NCBI GenBank assembly: GCA_965227775.1
Contig: OZ245777.1
Span: 2,880,001-2,944,000, forward strand
DNA from: Phycisphaerales bacterium
GTDB lineage: Bacteria; Planctomycetota; Phycisphaerae; Phycisphaerales; UBA1924
DNA length: 64,000 nucleotides
Reading direction: 5' to 3'
Part shown: positions 10,994-20,247 of the stretch, one piece after another
How positions within the stretch are numbered: the stretch's first letter is position 1
Layout: each line of letters opens with the position of its first letter
Notes under the pieces: generated by a model
What the model was told of the DNA's origin: nothing
Seen by the model: the letters and a program-made list of their open reading frames with translations, nothing else
The model's database searches: none
Program-made: the position numbers and the translations under genes

Positions 10994-12547
10994 GTGAGGT
11001 TCGACACCAGCCAGCACATGCGTCTCGGGCAGCAGATGAAGCTGTCGCCCAGGGTCATCCAGTCGATGGAGATCCTGCAGATGCCGCTAGCCGACCTCGA
11101 ACAACGCATCGAGGAAGAGCTCGAGAGCAACATGGCCCTCGAGATCATCGAGCCGCACGCCGACAAACCAAAGGCCACGGACGAGACCGATCGCCCTGAT
11201 CGCGAGCTCACAATCGAGGACAAAGGCAACGCCCAGGACGATTTCGCCCGACTCGACAGCTTCCAGACTGACCAACCAGACGCCGCCGACAACGCGTTCG
11301 ACGGGCCGAGCCGCCAGAATCTTGAGCCTGGTTCGTCCAGCCGCGTGTCGGCGGGCGAGCGCGACGGCAAGATGGACGCGATGGCCGCCGCCCCCGCGCG
11401 GCAGGCCTCGGTGAGCGAGCAGCTCCGAGATCAGTGGGCCCTCGCCGAGATGGACGCCGAACTGCGCGCCATCGGCGCCTTCCTCATCTCGTTCATCGAT
11501 GAGGACGGCTACCTCCGCACGCCGCTGGAAGACATCGCCCGACAGGCTCCCGAGCCACTGGCCGAACTCGCCGGCGATCGCGACGCCTTGCTCGAACAGC
11601 TGCCTTGGGTGCTCGAAGAGGCCCAACTGGTACTCGAGCCAACTGGCGTTGGCGCACGCGATGCCCGGGAGTGCCTGCTGCTGCAGCTCGATGCCGTCCA
11701 GCAGGACCCCGACTTCAACGAAGACGAAGCGACCGACGACGCCATTGAGTCGGCCCGGTGGCTCGTGTCGGACCATCTCGACGACCTGATGAACAACCGG
11801 CTGCCCAAGATCGCCGAAGCGACGACGCTGACCATGGAGGAGATCAAGACCGGCGTGCAATTGCTGCGTCGGCTGAGCCTGGCCCCAGGTAAGCGACTGG
11901 CCCCCGATCGCAGCGAGCCGATCATCCCCGACGCGATCGTCGAGTACGACGAGGACAACGACCGCTACGTCGCCTTCCTGAACGACCGCAGCCTGATGAA
12001 CCTGCGGATCAACCGCGAATACTCCGAGATGGTGCGCACGCGCGAGCTCGACAAGCAGGGTCGTGATTTTGTGCGCAAGAACCTAAGCAACGCCCAGTGG
12101 CTTGTCGACGCGATCGGACAGCGGCGCGACACGCTGCTCCGCGTCATCCACGCCGTCATCGACGCCCAGCGCGAGTTTTTTGATTATGGCCCAGAGAGCC
12201 TGCGTCCCCTACCGATGACGCAGGTTGCCGAGCAGCTTGGCATCCACGTCGCGACAGTCTCGCGCGCGGTGGCGGACAAGTACCTGCAAACGCCCCGCGG
12301 CGTGGTCCCGCTCCGGCGTTTCTTCACCGGTGGCACGCAGAACGACGCGGGTGACGACGTAAGCTGGGCGGCCATCAAGGCTGCGCTCCAGGACGTTGTG
12401 GACAACGAGAACAAAGCCAAACCACTCAGCGACGAGGCCATCGTGCGCGAGCTCAAGAAGCGCGGCGTGGAGATTGCGCGCAGGACCGTCGCCAAGTACC
12501 GCGACCAGCTCAGCATTCCCGCTGCGCGGCTACGCAAGACCTTCTAG
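10994..12547 (+). CDS. rpoN: RNA polymerase sigma-54 factor
   Basis: QQMKLSPRVIQSMEILQM region I, HVATVSRAV HTH, RpoN box ARRTVAKYR. Confidence 0.97.
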   Translation: MRFDTSQHMRLGQQMKLSPRVIQSMEILQMPLADLEQRIEEELESNMALEIIEPHADKPKATDETDRPDRELTIEDKGNAQDDFARLDSFQTDQPDAADNAFDGPSRQNLEPGSSSRVSAGERDGKMDAMAAAPARQASVSEQLRDQWALAEMDAELRAIGAFLISFIDEDGYLRTPLEDIARQAPEPLAELAGDRDALLEQLPWVLEEAQLVLEPTGVGARDARECLLLQLDAVQQDPDFNEDEATDDAIESARWLVSDHLDDLMNNRLPKIAEATTLTMEEIKTGVQLLRRLSLAPGKRLAPDRSEPIIPDAIVEYDEDNDRYVAFLNDRSLMNLRINREYSEMVRTRELDKQGRDFVRKNLSNAQWLVDAIGQRRDTLLRVIHAVIDAQREFFDYGPESLRPLPMTQVAEQLGIHVATVSRAVADKYLQTPRGVVPLRRFFTGGTQNDAGDDVSWAAIKAALQDVVDNENKAKPLSDEAIVRELKKRGVEIARRTVAKYRDQLSIPAARLRKTF

Positions 12548-14781
12548 CGCTGTGTCTGCTTGTCGATCACCATCCTGATGCGGATGGCGTTGCCGATCAC
12601 GCACAGGTCGCTCAGCGCCATCGCAGCCGCGGCCACCACAGGGCCGTGCTCACCAAGCAAGCCGAACGCCGCCGCCGGAATGGCCGCCGCGTTGTAGACA
12701 AACGCGAGGAACAGGTTTTGCCGGATTCCACGCCTCGTGGCGCGGCCGATGCGCACGAGGTCTACGACGGCAAGCGGGCGATCCCCGGGAACGATCGCAT
12801 CTGCGGCCTCGAGCGCGACGTTGCTCCCCGCATCGATCGCCACACCGATACCGCCCGCCGCGGAAGCGGCTGCCATCGCGGGCGCATCGTTGATACCGTC
12901 GCCCACCATCATGACGGTAGAGCTTCGAGCCGCTTGCTGAACGCGATCGACCTTGTCGCTGGGCGAGAGTCCCGCGTCAACCCGGCCACGGTCGAGCCCG
13001 ATCTTGTTGGCCAGCCTGTGGGCCGGTGACGGGCGATCGCCTGTCAGCAGTCGTGGCTCAATTCCGAGTTGTTGGAGTTCTTTCACAAACGCGTCGGCCC
13101 CGGTCCGCAACTCTTCGCGAAAGTGCACGACTCCCACGACCTCACCGTCCACAAGCACGACAGATGCGGGGCCACCTTCGAGCGACGCGTCGTCAAAGGC
13201 ATGACCGGCACGCCGGGCGGCATTGATCGAAACGAGCCTGACATCCTTGCCATCGACGCTGCCGACCATGCCCTCGCCGGCTCGCTCAGTCGCGTCGCGT
13301 GCTGGCTCGTACGCCAGGCCGCGATCGTCTGCCGCCCGCACGATCGCCTGCGAGAGCGGGTGGCTCGAGCGACACGCCAGCGATGCGGCGGCCGCGAGAA
13401 GTTCGTCGTTTGCGTCTTCGCGAACAACAGGCTGACCGCTCGTGATGGTGCCAGTCTTGTCCAGTAGCGCCACGTTCGCAATCGCCGCACGCTCGAGCGC
13501 ACTAGCCGATCGCACGAGGATGCCACGCCGACCCGCCGCGCCCGTCCCAACCATCACCGCGAGCGGCGTCGCTAGACCCAGTGCGCACGGGCACGAGATG
13601 ACGAGCACCGTCGCCGCGGTCACCACGGCCTTGCTGATGCCCCCGCCCGGCACGAGCAGCCACGCGACAAAGCTCACCAGCGCGATTGAAATTGACAGCG
13701 GCACGAAGATCGAAGACACCTTGTCGGCAAGGCGTTGCACATCTGCCTTGCTCGCCAACGCGTCAGCCACGAGCGCAACCATGCGGCCCAGCGTGCCGCT
13801 CGCGCCGTCGGTCGTCGCGCGCACCATCGCGGGTGTTCCGACCGCCACCGATCCAGCCATCACCAACTCGCCCGGTTGTTTCTCAACCGGCACCGATTCG
13901 CCAGTGACTGCGGACTCATCGAGCGACGCGGGCCCGAGCAACTCTCCATCGACCGGGCTGCGATCGCCCACGCGGACCAGCACGAGATCGCCCGGAATCA
14001 CGTCACCAGCCGGCACGCTCGCACCCGACGGATCGTTTTCGTCGGCAAGCACGGTCGCGGTGGTCGGCTGCATTGCCGCCAGCTCGCGCAGGGCCTTCGT
14101 AGTACCCCGGCGGGCCCGCCGTTCGAGCCAGTGACCGAGCGAGATCAGAGTGAGCAGGCCCGTGGCCTCGATGAAGTACGTTGGATGTTCGCCGCCTGCC
14201 GTGAAGATCAGGATCGCGTGCACCAGGGATAGCGTGTAGGCCGAGGCGCTGCCGAGCGACACCAGCGTGTCCATGTTCGTCGTCTTGCGATTGGCTGCGG
14301 CGATGGCCGATCGATAGAACGCCGAGCCGATGCAGATCTGCGCGAGCGTGCCCACCACAAGCGCGACCGCGAGCCCCGCGCCACTTGTCATGTGCAGCCC
14401 GAGACCGTGGCCAAACCAGTGGGCAGATTCCATCGGCAACCACAGCACCACGCCCAGCACAACCCGCCAGCGCCAAGCGTTGGCCTGCTGGGCATCTTCG
14501 GAACCAAGCCTCTGAGCCAGATCCGCCGCAGCATCTCCAGAAGACGCCGGAGCCGCATCGAAGCCAGCGTCGCGCACGCTGCCCGCGAGCGTCTCGGCAT
14601 CGAGCGACTCGCCTCTCACCAGCGCCGAGCCACCAGCGAGGCTGACCATCGCCGTGCGCACGCCTGGCGACTTCTTGAGAGCCCGTTCGACGCCCGCAAC
14701 ACATCCGGCGCAGCTCATGCCATCGACGCGTAGCCGGACGACTGCGTTCTCAGTCTCGTTGGCGGCGCTGGCGGTGCTCAT
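12544..14781 (-). CDS. Heavy-metal P1B-type ATPase, probably a Cu(I) exporter (CopA-like)
   Basis: HMA GMSCAGC, TGES, CPC, DKTGT, SSHP, GDGINDAP, YN and MALS in the last TMs. Confidence 0.9.
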   Translation of the reverse strand: MSTASAANETENAVVRLRVDGMSCAGCVAGVERALKKSPGVRTAMVSLAGGSALVRGESLDAETLAGSVRDAGFDAAPASSGDAAADLAQRLGSEDAQQANAWRWRVVLGVVLWLPMESAHWFGHGLGLHMTSGAGLAVALVVGTLAQICIGSAFYRSAIAAANRKTTNMDTLVSLGSASAYTLSLVHAILIFTAGGEHPTYFIEATGLLTLISLGHWLERRARRGTTKALRELAAMQPTTATVLADENDPSGASVPAGDVIPGDLVLVRVGDRSPVDGELLGPASLDESAVTGESVPVEKQPGELVMAGSVAVGTPAMVRATTDGASGTLGRMVALVADALASKADVQRLADKVSSIFVPLSISIALVSFVAWLLVPGGGISKAVVTAATVLVISCPCALGLATPLAVMVGTGAAGRRGILVRSASALERAAIANVALLDKTGTITSGQPVVREDANDELLAAAASLACRSSHPLSQAIVRAADDRGLAYEPARDATERAGEGMVGSVDGKDVRLVSINAARRAGHAFDDASLEGGPASVVLVDGEVVGVVHFREELRTGADAFVKELQQLGIEPRLLTGDRPSPAHRLANKIGLDRGRVDAGLSPSDKVDRVQQAARSSTVMMVGDGINDAPAMAAASAAGGIGVAIDAGSNVALEAADAIVPGDRPLAVVDLVRIGRATRRGIRQNLFLAFVYNAAAIPAAAFGLLGEHGPVVAAAAMALSDLCVIGNAIRIRMVIDKQTQR

Positions 14782-14790
14782 GGAGCGGGC

Positions 14791-15561
14791 CTAACTCCCC
14801 ACCACCCTTGGTTCTTCGAGGTGCGCATGCGCGGCATCGATACGAACGCGCTCGCCGTCGTCAGTTTGCAACACGAGCCTCCACTGGCGGTCCAGATCGA
14901 CCACCGTTCCGGTGATCAGCCGGCCATCGACACGGAACGCGCAACGCTCTCCACGGAGCGTACCGACGCCCAACCAACGATCTCCGATCGCTGCCGGAGG
15001 TGCGACGAGCCACTTCGACACAATTCCCAGGACGGCGGCCGCTACCGCTGGTCTGCCGGCATCGATGCCAAGATCTTCGAGGCTGACGGCTGCGCGTTCC
15101 AGACCCTCGTGCCAGCCTTGCTCGCGGGCGTGCACATTCACACCGATGCCTACCACCGCCAGCGATCGCGAAGATTCGATCAGCACGCCGGCGATCTTCC
15201 GCCCCGCGATGCCGTGCCCGCGCTCGACCACGTCGTTGGGCCACTTGAGTCCAAGACCGCTCGCCCCGAGCTGTTCGCACGCCTCGAGAACGCCCAGCCC
15301 AACGGCAAGCGACATGCCCGCCGCGGGAAGCGATGCTTCCACACACAGGCTCATCGAGAGCGAAGCGCCGTCGCCATCGTCCCAGGTTCGCCCTTGCCGG
15401 CCACGACCTGCTACCTGCCGCTTGCCGATGACGACAAGGCCCGGCTTTCCGTCTGCGAGCACACGCGCATCGCCCTGGGTCGAGGGCGTTTCGTCAAGCA
15501 CGACAACGCGATCGAAGAGACCCACGGGCGTCGTGATGGACTCCCAGTCCTCGGTTCTCAC
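14791..15561 (-). CDS. birA: Biotin-[acetyl-CoA carboxylase] ligase (no N-terminal HTH)
   Basis: QVAGRGRQGRTW, LKWPNDV, KIAGVLIE, GIGVNV; likely GTG start at 15561 overlapping the nadC stop (GTGA). Confidence 0.88.
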   Translation of the reverse strand: MRTEDWESITTPVGLFDRVVVLDETPSTQGDARVLADGKPGLVVIGKRQVAGRGRQGRTWDDGDGASLSMSLCVEASLPAAGMSLAVGLGVLEACEQLGASGLGLKWPNDVVERGHGIAGRKIAGVLIESSRSLAVVGIGVNVHAREQGWHEGLERAAVSLEDLGIDAGRPAVAAAVLGIVSKWLVAPPAAIGDRWLGVGTLRGERCAFRVDGRLITGTVVDLDRQWRLVLQTDDGERVRIDAAHAHLEEPRVVGS

Positions 15562-16487
15562 GACGGCGCCCCCGCATCGAGCCCGATATCGAGCCATACG
15601 GCGTGATGGGTGAGCGCGCCGACAGCGATGCGATCAACCCCGGTCCGCGCGACATCGCCCAGCGTCTCGAGCTCGACGCCACCGGAGGCCTCCAGCAGCG
15701 GGCGAGGCCCCTTCTCATTACGCATCTCAACGGCCCGGACGATTTCTTCAAGCCCCATGTTGTCCAGCAGGATGATGTCTAGCACGCCGTCATCGAGTTC
15801 GAGCATCGCGGTGAGTTGGTCCAGCGTGTCGACCTCGACCTCGACAAACGCGACCTGAAACTTCTCACGCGCATCGGCCGCCGCGCTCGCAACCTTCTGC
15901 GCAGCCTGCTCGGGCGAAAGCCCAACAAGGTGGTTGTCCTTGATGAGCACAGCGTCGAATAGGCCCATTCGATGGCTGTGGCCGCCACCGCAACGCACGG
16001 CGTACTTCTCGAGTTGCCTCAATCCGGGCGTGGTCTTTCGTGTATCGACGACCTTGGCGGGCGAGTCTCCCGTAGCAGAGACGTAGCGGGACGTGTGCGT
16101 CGCAACGCCACTCAGACGGCTCAAAAGGTTCAAGAGCGTGCGCTCGGCCGCGAGGATCTCGCGCCTCGGGCCGAGCAGCGCCCCAAGGCGCTGCCCTTCT
16201 TCGATGGTGTCTCCGTCGCTCGCGAGCGCTCGGAACAGCGTGGTTGGCGCGAGCACGTCGAGCACGTCGCCCACGGCCTCGAGCCCGCAGATGATCCCCG
16301 GCTCTCGTGCGACCACCCATGCCTCGGACCGCTCGGACGCGTCGACCATCACCGTGGCGGTCGGATCCTGGTGGTCCGGTCCCAGATCTTCGTCGCGGCT
16401 GATCTCCAGAAGCCGCCGGACCAGGCCCGAAGTCACGATCTGCTTGTATCGGTCGGCGGCGGATTGGGTTGTCGCGTTCTCGCTCAC
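15558..16487 (-). CDS. nadC: Nicotinate-nucleotide diphosphorylase (quinolinate phosphoribosyltransferase)
   Basis: DTRKTTPGLR, HRMGLFDAVLIKDNH, EVEVD, ILLDNM, LEASGGV. Confidence 0.95.
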   Translation of the reverse strand: MSENATTQSAADRYKQIVTSGLVRRLLEISRDEDLGPDHQDPTATVMVDASERSEAWVVAREPGIICGLEAVGDVLDVLAPTTLFRALASDGDTIEEGQRLGALLGPRREILAAERTLLNLLSRLSGVATHTSRYVSATGDSPAKVVDTRKTTPGLRQLEKYAVRCGGGHSHRMGLFDAVLIKDNHLVGLSPEQAAQKVASAAADAREKFQVAFVEVEVDTLDQLTAMLELDDGVLDIILLDNMGLEEIVRAVEMRNEKGPRPLLEASGGVELETLGDVARTGVDRIAVGALTHHAVWLDIGLDAGAPS

Positions 16488-16576
16488 GCCCGATCGTATG
16501 GCGAACCGGCGGGGTCGGCACGGGCTTACACTGGCCCCTCAAAGAAACGCGTACGGGCCATTGCCCGGGAGGCAGC

Positions 16577-17368
16577 ATGGGTTTGTTGGACGGCAAGGTG
16601 GCCCTGATCGTGGGCATCGCGAACGAACGCTCGTACGCCTGGCACATCGCCAAGGCCCTGATCGATCACGGCGCCGCGTGTGCCTACACCTGCCTGCCCG
16701 GCGAAAAGAACCAGCGCCGCACCGAACGCGCCGTCAAGGCGCTGCCGGGCGAAGGCGGCAGCGATCCGCTCATCGTCCCGATGGACGCCGGCAGCGACGA
16801 CGACATCGATACGGCCATCAAGGCCTTCGAAGGCCGCCACGACGCGTTGCACGTGCTGGTGCACTCAATCGCGTTTGCGGATCGCGAGTATTTGGCGCAC
16901 GGCAAGTTTGTCGAGACACCGCGAGAGGCTTTCCTGAGCGCGGTCGATATCTCTGCGTACACCCTGCTTGGTCTCAGCAGACGGTGCCGATCGCTGTTGG
17001 CCAAGGATGGCGGCTCGGTGATGGCGATGAGCTACTACGGCGCCGAGAAAGTCGTGCCGGGGTACAACGTGATGGGCGTCGCCAAGGCGACGCTGGAGGC
17101 CACCGCCCGGTACCTGGCCGGCGACCTGGGCGCCGATGGCATCCGCGTGAACACGATCTCTGGTGGCTATCTGCGAACTCTTGCGTCGAGCGCCGTGGGC
17201 GGGGCCGACAAGATCAGCGAGCAGAACCTCGAGCGATCGCCCTTGCGACGCAACGTCGAGGGCGGAGACGTGGGCAACACCGCGGTGTACCTCGCAAGCG
17301 ACCTCAGCGCGGGCGTGACCGGTGAGAACATCTACGTCGATTGTGGGGCCAACATCGTCGGTGTGTGA
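16577..17368 (+). CDS. fabI: Enoyl-ACP reductase
   Basis: GIANERSYAWHIA, VHSIAFA, YNVMGVAKATLE, GENIYVDCG; GGGAGG before ATG 16577. Confidence 0.92.
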   Translation: MGLLDGKVALIVGIANERSYAWHIAKALIDHGAACAYTCLPGEKNQRRTERAVKALPGEGGSDPLIVPMDAGSDDDIDTAIKAFEGRHDALHVLVHSIAFADREYLAHGKFVETPREAFLSAVDISAYTLLGLSRRCRSLLAKDGGSVMAMSYYGAEKVVPGYNVMGVAKATLEATARYLAGDLGADGIRVNTISGGYLRTLASSAVGGADKISEQNLERSPLRRNVEGGDVGNTAVYLASDLSAGVTGENIYVDCGANIVGV

Positions 17369-17411
17369 CGGCGGCCCGGCCGTTTGTTCGGGTCTCGTGC
17401 GGATTTGCGTG

Positions 17412-17438
17412 TAGAGCCGCGGCCGCATCTGCCGATGG
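17412..17438 (+). promoter_or_regulatory. Candidate sigma28 (FliA)-type promoter
   Basis: TAGA-N15-GCCGATGG versus consensus TAAA-N15-GCCGATAA, 7 nt before ATG 17446. Confidence 0.45.
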
Positions 17439-17445
17439 ATGAACT

Positions 17446-17706
17446 ATGAGCGTGGTACCGACCAGCGCAGCCGCGGCACTCGCCTCGCAAGCAGCCGCTT
17501 CCGAGCGGGCGAGCAAGGTGCAAACGGCCGCAAAAGAGAGCGACAGGCAGCGTCGCGTGAAGCACGGTGAGCAGACCGGCGATCGCGTAGTGCTGAGCAC
17601 CGAGGCGGTGCAACCCAAGCAGAGCGCCACCGATCGCTCAGAAGAAGAGCCCCGCGAGCACCCGCCCGAGGGCGAGGCCGTGAAGCACCTCGACGTCGAA
17701 GGCTGA
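17446..17706 (+). CDS. Small hydrophilic hypothetical protein (86 aa)
   Basis: Fills the gap between fabI and a convergent gene; promoter-like motif upstream; DRVVLS and C-terminal HLDVEG. Confidence 0.65.
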   Translation: MSVVPTSAAAALASQAAASERASKVQTAAKESDRQRRVKHGEQTGDRVVLSTEAVQPKQSATDRSEEEPREHPPEGEAVKHLDVEG

Positions 17707-17730
17707 CGCGCGTAGCCCGTCAGGCAGCCA

Positions 17731-19251
17731 TCAAGCCGCCAAAGAGCGCACCGTCGAGAGCGCTTCGATCATCGCGAGCACCTGCTCTTGGGTTTCGGGT
17801 GTCACCACCAACCACTGGGCGCTCATCACCTCGTCGCGCACGTCGTCGAGCACGTAGGCCACGCGTTCGCGCTCGATAAGCGCCGTCGCGTACGCCAGAC
17901 CGGCCGCAAGCTTGCCCATCGTCTCGGCTCCGCCGCGGTTGTACGAGATGTCCGAGATCAGGTACTCCATGGGGTCGACTAGCGGCTCGGGACGCTCGAT
18001 CGCCAGGCGGTCGTGGCCCGTCAGCATAAGGTCGAATCCCAGTACCTCGTGCCCGCCAGCGAACGCTGCGACACAGGCGCGAAGGCATGTCTCGCCCTCG
18101 GCCGGACCAAGGCGGCCGATCGTGCGAGCCGCAGCAACACGCTCGGCGGGCATCATGCCGCAACCGGTCCACGACAGGTACGACGCCAGTACGCGCATCG
18201 CCGCATGCTCGGTTTCGCCCACGCGTTCGGGCTGGCGCTCGCCGAGCACGTTCGACAGATGCGCAAAGGCGCGGTCAAGCGCCGGGTCGGACACCACGGG
18301 CGATCCCAGCATGAGTCCCAGCGCGGGACGGCCGCGGAGGCGGTCGCTGAAGTCAAGCCGGCTCGGGTAACGGCTCAACAGGGCCGCAAGTTCCAGGAGC
18401 GAGCGCAGGACGGTAACGGCGCCGGTGTCCGACCAGTCGAATTGACTCAGCGTCACCTGCGCCGGATCGATACGCAGCGGGAAGAGCGATGAGTAACTCA
18501 GGGGCAACGTCTGTGCCCAGTCATGCCACGCGGCCGGATCATCGGGAGACTCAGCAACACGGATCGTCAACGGACCAGTCGGGTCGCGCTGCTCGATGAC
18601 CGCGTCGAACCCCAGCCGCCGCCAAGTGGCGGCATCACCCTCGCCCGCGTAGGGCACCAGCGAGATCGTGAGCGTGCTCTGTGCGAGCTCGAGGTCTCGC
18701 ACGTGCTCGTCGGCGAGCTTCACGCCCACACGCAAGGGCATTGAGAGCGATGCTCCCGGCGTGCCGCCACGCTCGCGCATCCGCTCCAGCCAGCCGGGCA
18801 ATTGGCCGCCCGAGCACGAGCGGATGATTGTAAGCGCGCTGTCGGTCGTGCCGGCAAGCACCTGACGTGGGAGCGAGATCGCGCTTGGGAGCGTCAACGC
18901 GGAAGCCGGCTCGACGGTCTCGTCCGGAGTGTGCTGATCGGGGTTGCCGGATTCGAGTGTTTCCGGCTCGCCACGTACCGGCGGTGTTGGAATTGGGACC
19001 GCGGCCATGCTCGTCGACCCAAGGAAGCGAGCGGCGAGCCATCGCCCGCCGAGTACCATCCCGATAATCCAGAGCCCCGCCGGGATGCCAAGCAGCGAGC
19101 GTGTCAGCCACGCGGCCCCCAGCAGCCACGCCGTGAGCACGACGGCGCACACGCCGACGACCCACGCAAGGCCAGAGACGGCTTCGGTGTCCTGGCCGAC
19201 CGTGGCGGTCGCGCCCCGCTGCATCCGGAGGGGAGTGTTCATCTCCCCCAC
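17731..19251 (-). CDS. Hypothetical membrane-anchored protein (start possibly 19242)
   Basis: 506-aa ORF, two N-terminal hydrophobic segments, helical C-terminal region; family not recognised. Confidence 0.65.
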   Translation of the reverse strand: MGEMNTPLRMQRGATATVGQDTEAVSGLAWVVGVCAVVLTAWLLGAAWLTRSLLGIPAGLWIIGMVLGGRWLAARFLGSTSMAAVPIPTPPVRGEPETLESGNPDQHTPDETVEPASALTLPSAISLPRQVLAGTTDSALTIIRSCSGGQLPGWLERMRERGGTPGASLSMPLRVGVKLADEHVRDLELAQSTLTISLVPYAGEGDAATWRRLGFDAVIEQRDPTGPLTIRVAESPDDPAAWHDWAQTLPLSYSSLFPLRIDPAQVTLSQFDWSDTGAVTVLRSLLELAALLSRYPSRLDFSDRLRGRPALGLMLGSPVVSDPALDRAFAHLSNVLGERQPERVGETEHAAMRVLASYLSWTGCGMMPAERVAAARTIGRLGPAEGETCLRACVAAFAGGHEVLGFDLMLTGHDRLAIERPEPLVDPMEYLISDISYNRGGAETMGKLAAGLAYATALIERERVAYVLDDVRDEVMSAQWLVVTPETQEQVLAMIEALSTVRSLAA

Positions 19252-19266
19252 ATCGGCGTCATGCCG

Positions 19267-19343
19267 GCCCTGCTGCGTTCGCGGGCGGCAGGGCTCGAAT
19301 CGCTGTGGTGGATGATGCCGGTCGCGCTCGTTGAGCGACCGGC
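19267..19343. other. Two GC-rich hairpins in the intergenic region (possible terminator/stability elements)
   Basis: GCCCTGCTGC..GCGGCAGGGC (19267-19294) and GCCGGTCGC..GCGACCGGC (19317-19343); no U-tract. Confidence 0.3.
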
Positions 19344-19352
19344 CGCGACGAG

Positions 19353-20186
19353 TTATCCGCCGTCGGCACCGTCGGGAAGCGACTGCAATGCCTTGATCAC
19401 GTCGGCCGGCTCGGCTCGGTTCCGGTAATCGGCATCCAAGAACGCCCAGCGGATCACGCCGTCGCGATCGATGACGTACGTAGCGGCCAGCGGCAGCTCG
19501 CCAGAGTCGTCTCCATTGAACTCGCTGAGGACGAAGGCCTGCTCGTAGTTGGCCTGCACGCCTTCGGTGAGCTTAAAGACAACGCCGTATTCGCGTGCCA
19601 CCTCGTTGCCGACATCGCTGAGCACCTCGAACTGCAACTCGCTCTTCTGCGCGGTCGAGAGCGATTTATCGGGCAGCTCCGGGCTCAGCGCCACAAGCGT
19701 GGCTCCAAGGCCGCGGATCTCTTCGAGCCGCTGCTGATAGGCCGCGAGGGTCAGGTTGCAATAGGGGCACCATCCGCCGCGATACCAGACCAGGACCACC
19801 GGACCTTGCTCGAGCAGGCCCGAGAGCGAAACCGACTCGCCGCTGTGGTTCTCAAGCGTGAAGCCCGGGGCCTGATCTCCGACGTTCTTGGCGCCTTCAA
19901 CCACTCCCGAGTCCACGACCGCCTGCACGCCGTCGGCGTAGAGCGTTTGGATCGCTTCGGGTGCTCGCTCGGCAAAACCGGCGGCCCTCGCGTCAAGCTC
20001 GGCCTGCAGCGACCGTGACGGTTCCGCGGTGGACTCGGACGGCATAGCGCTCTCCTCTCCGCCAGCCGCGGCGGCATCGCTTGATCCGGCTGCATCGCCC
20101 GAGGGCTCGCAACCAAGCATGAAAAAAGTGGCCCCGCTCAGTGAGAGCGCGGCCAGCAGGGTTGATGGGGTTCTTGGCTTCGTCAT
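19353..20186 (-). CDS. Peroxiredoxin-like (AhpC/TSA) protein with predicted lipoprotein signal
   Basis: VGDQAPGFTL, GPVVLVWYRGGWCPYC, LVALSPE, PLAATYVIDRDG; lipobox MLGC after ATG 20186. Confidence 0.85.
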   Translation of the reverse strand: MTKPRTPSTLLAALSLSGATFFMLGCEPSGDAAGSSDAAAAGGEESAMPSESTAEPSRSLQAELDARAAGFAERAPEAIQTLYADGVQAVVDSGVVEGAKNVGDQAPGFTLENHSGESVSLSGLLEQGPVVLVWYRGGWCPYCNLTLAAYQQRLEEIRGLGATLVALSPELPDKSLSTAQKSELQFEVLSDVGNEVAREYGVVFKLTEGVQANYEQAFVLSEFNGDDSGELPLAATYVIDRDGVIRWAFLDADYRNRAEPADVIKALQSLPDGADGG

Positions 20187-20247
20187 GGGGCAGGGTACGA
20201 GCCCGCCCGACACACGAATATTCCCGCTCCTCCGCGAAACCGCCGAA

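Noticed and set aside
15562..15597. 40-bp nadC/birA overlap from the ORF track
   Set aside because: A GTG start at 15561 gives an ordinary 4-nt overlap.
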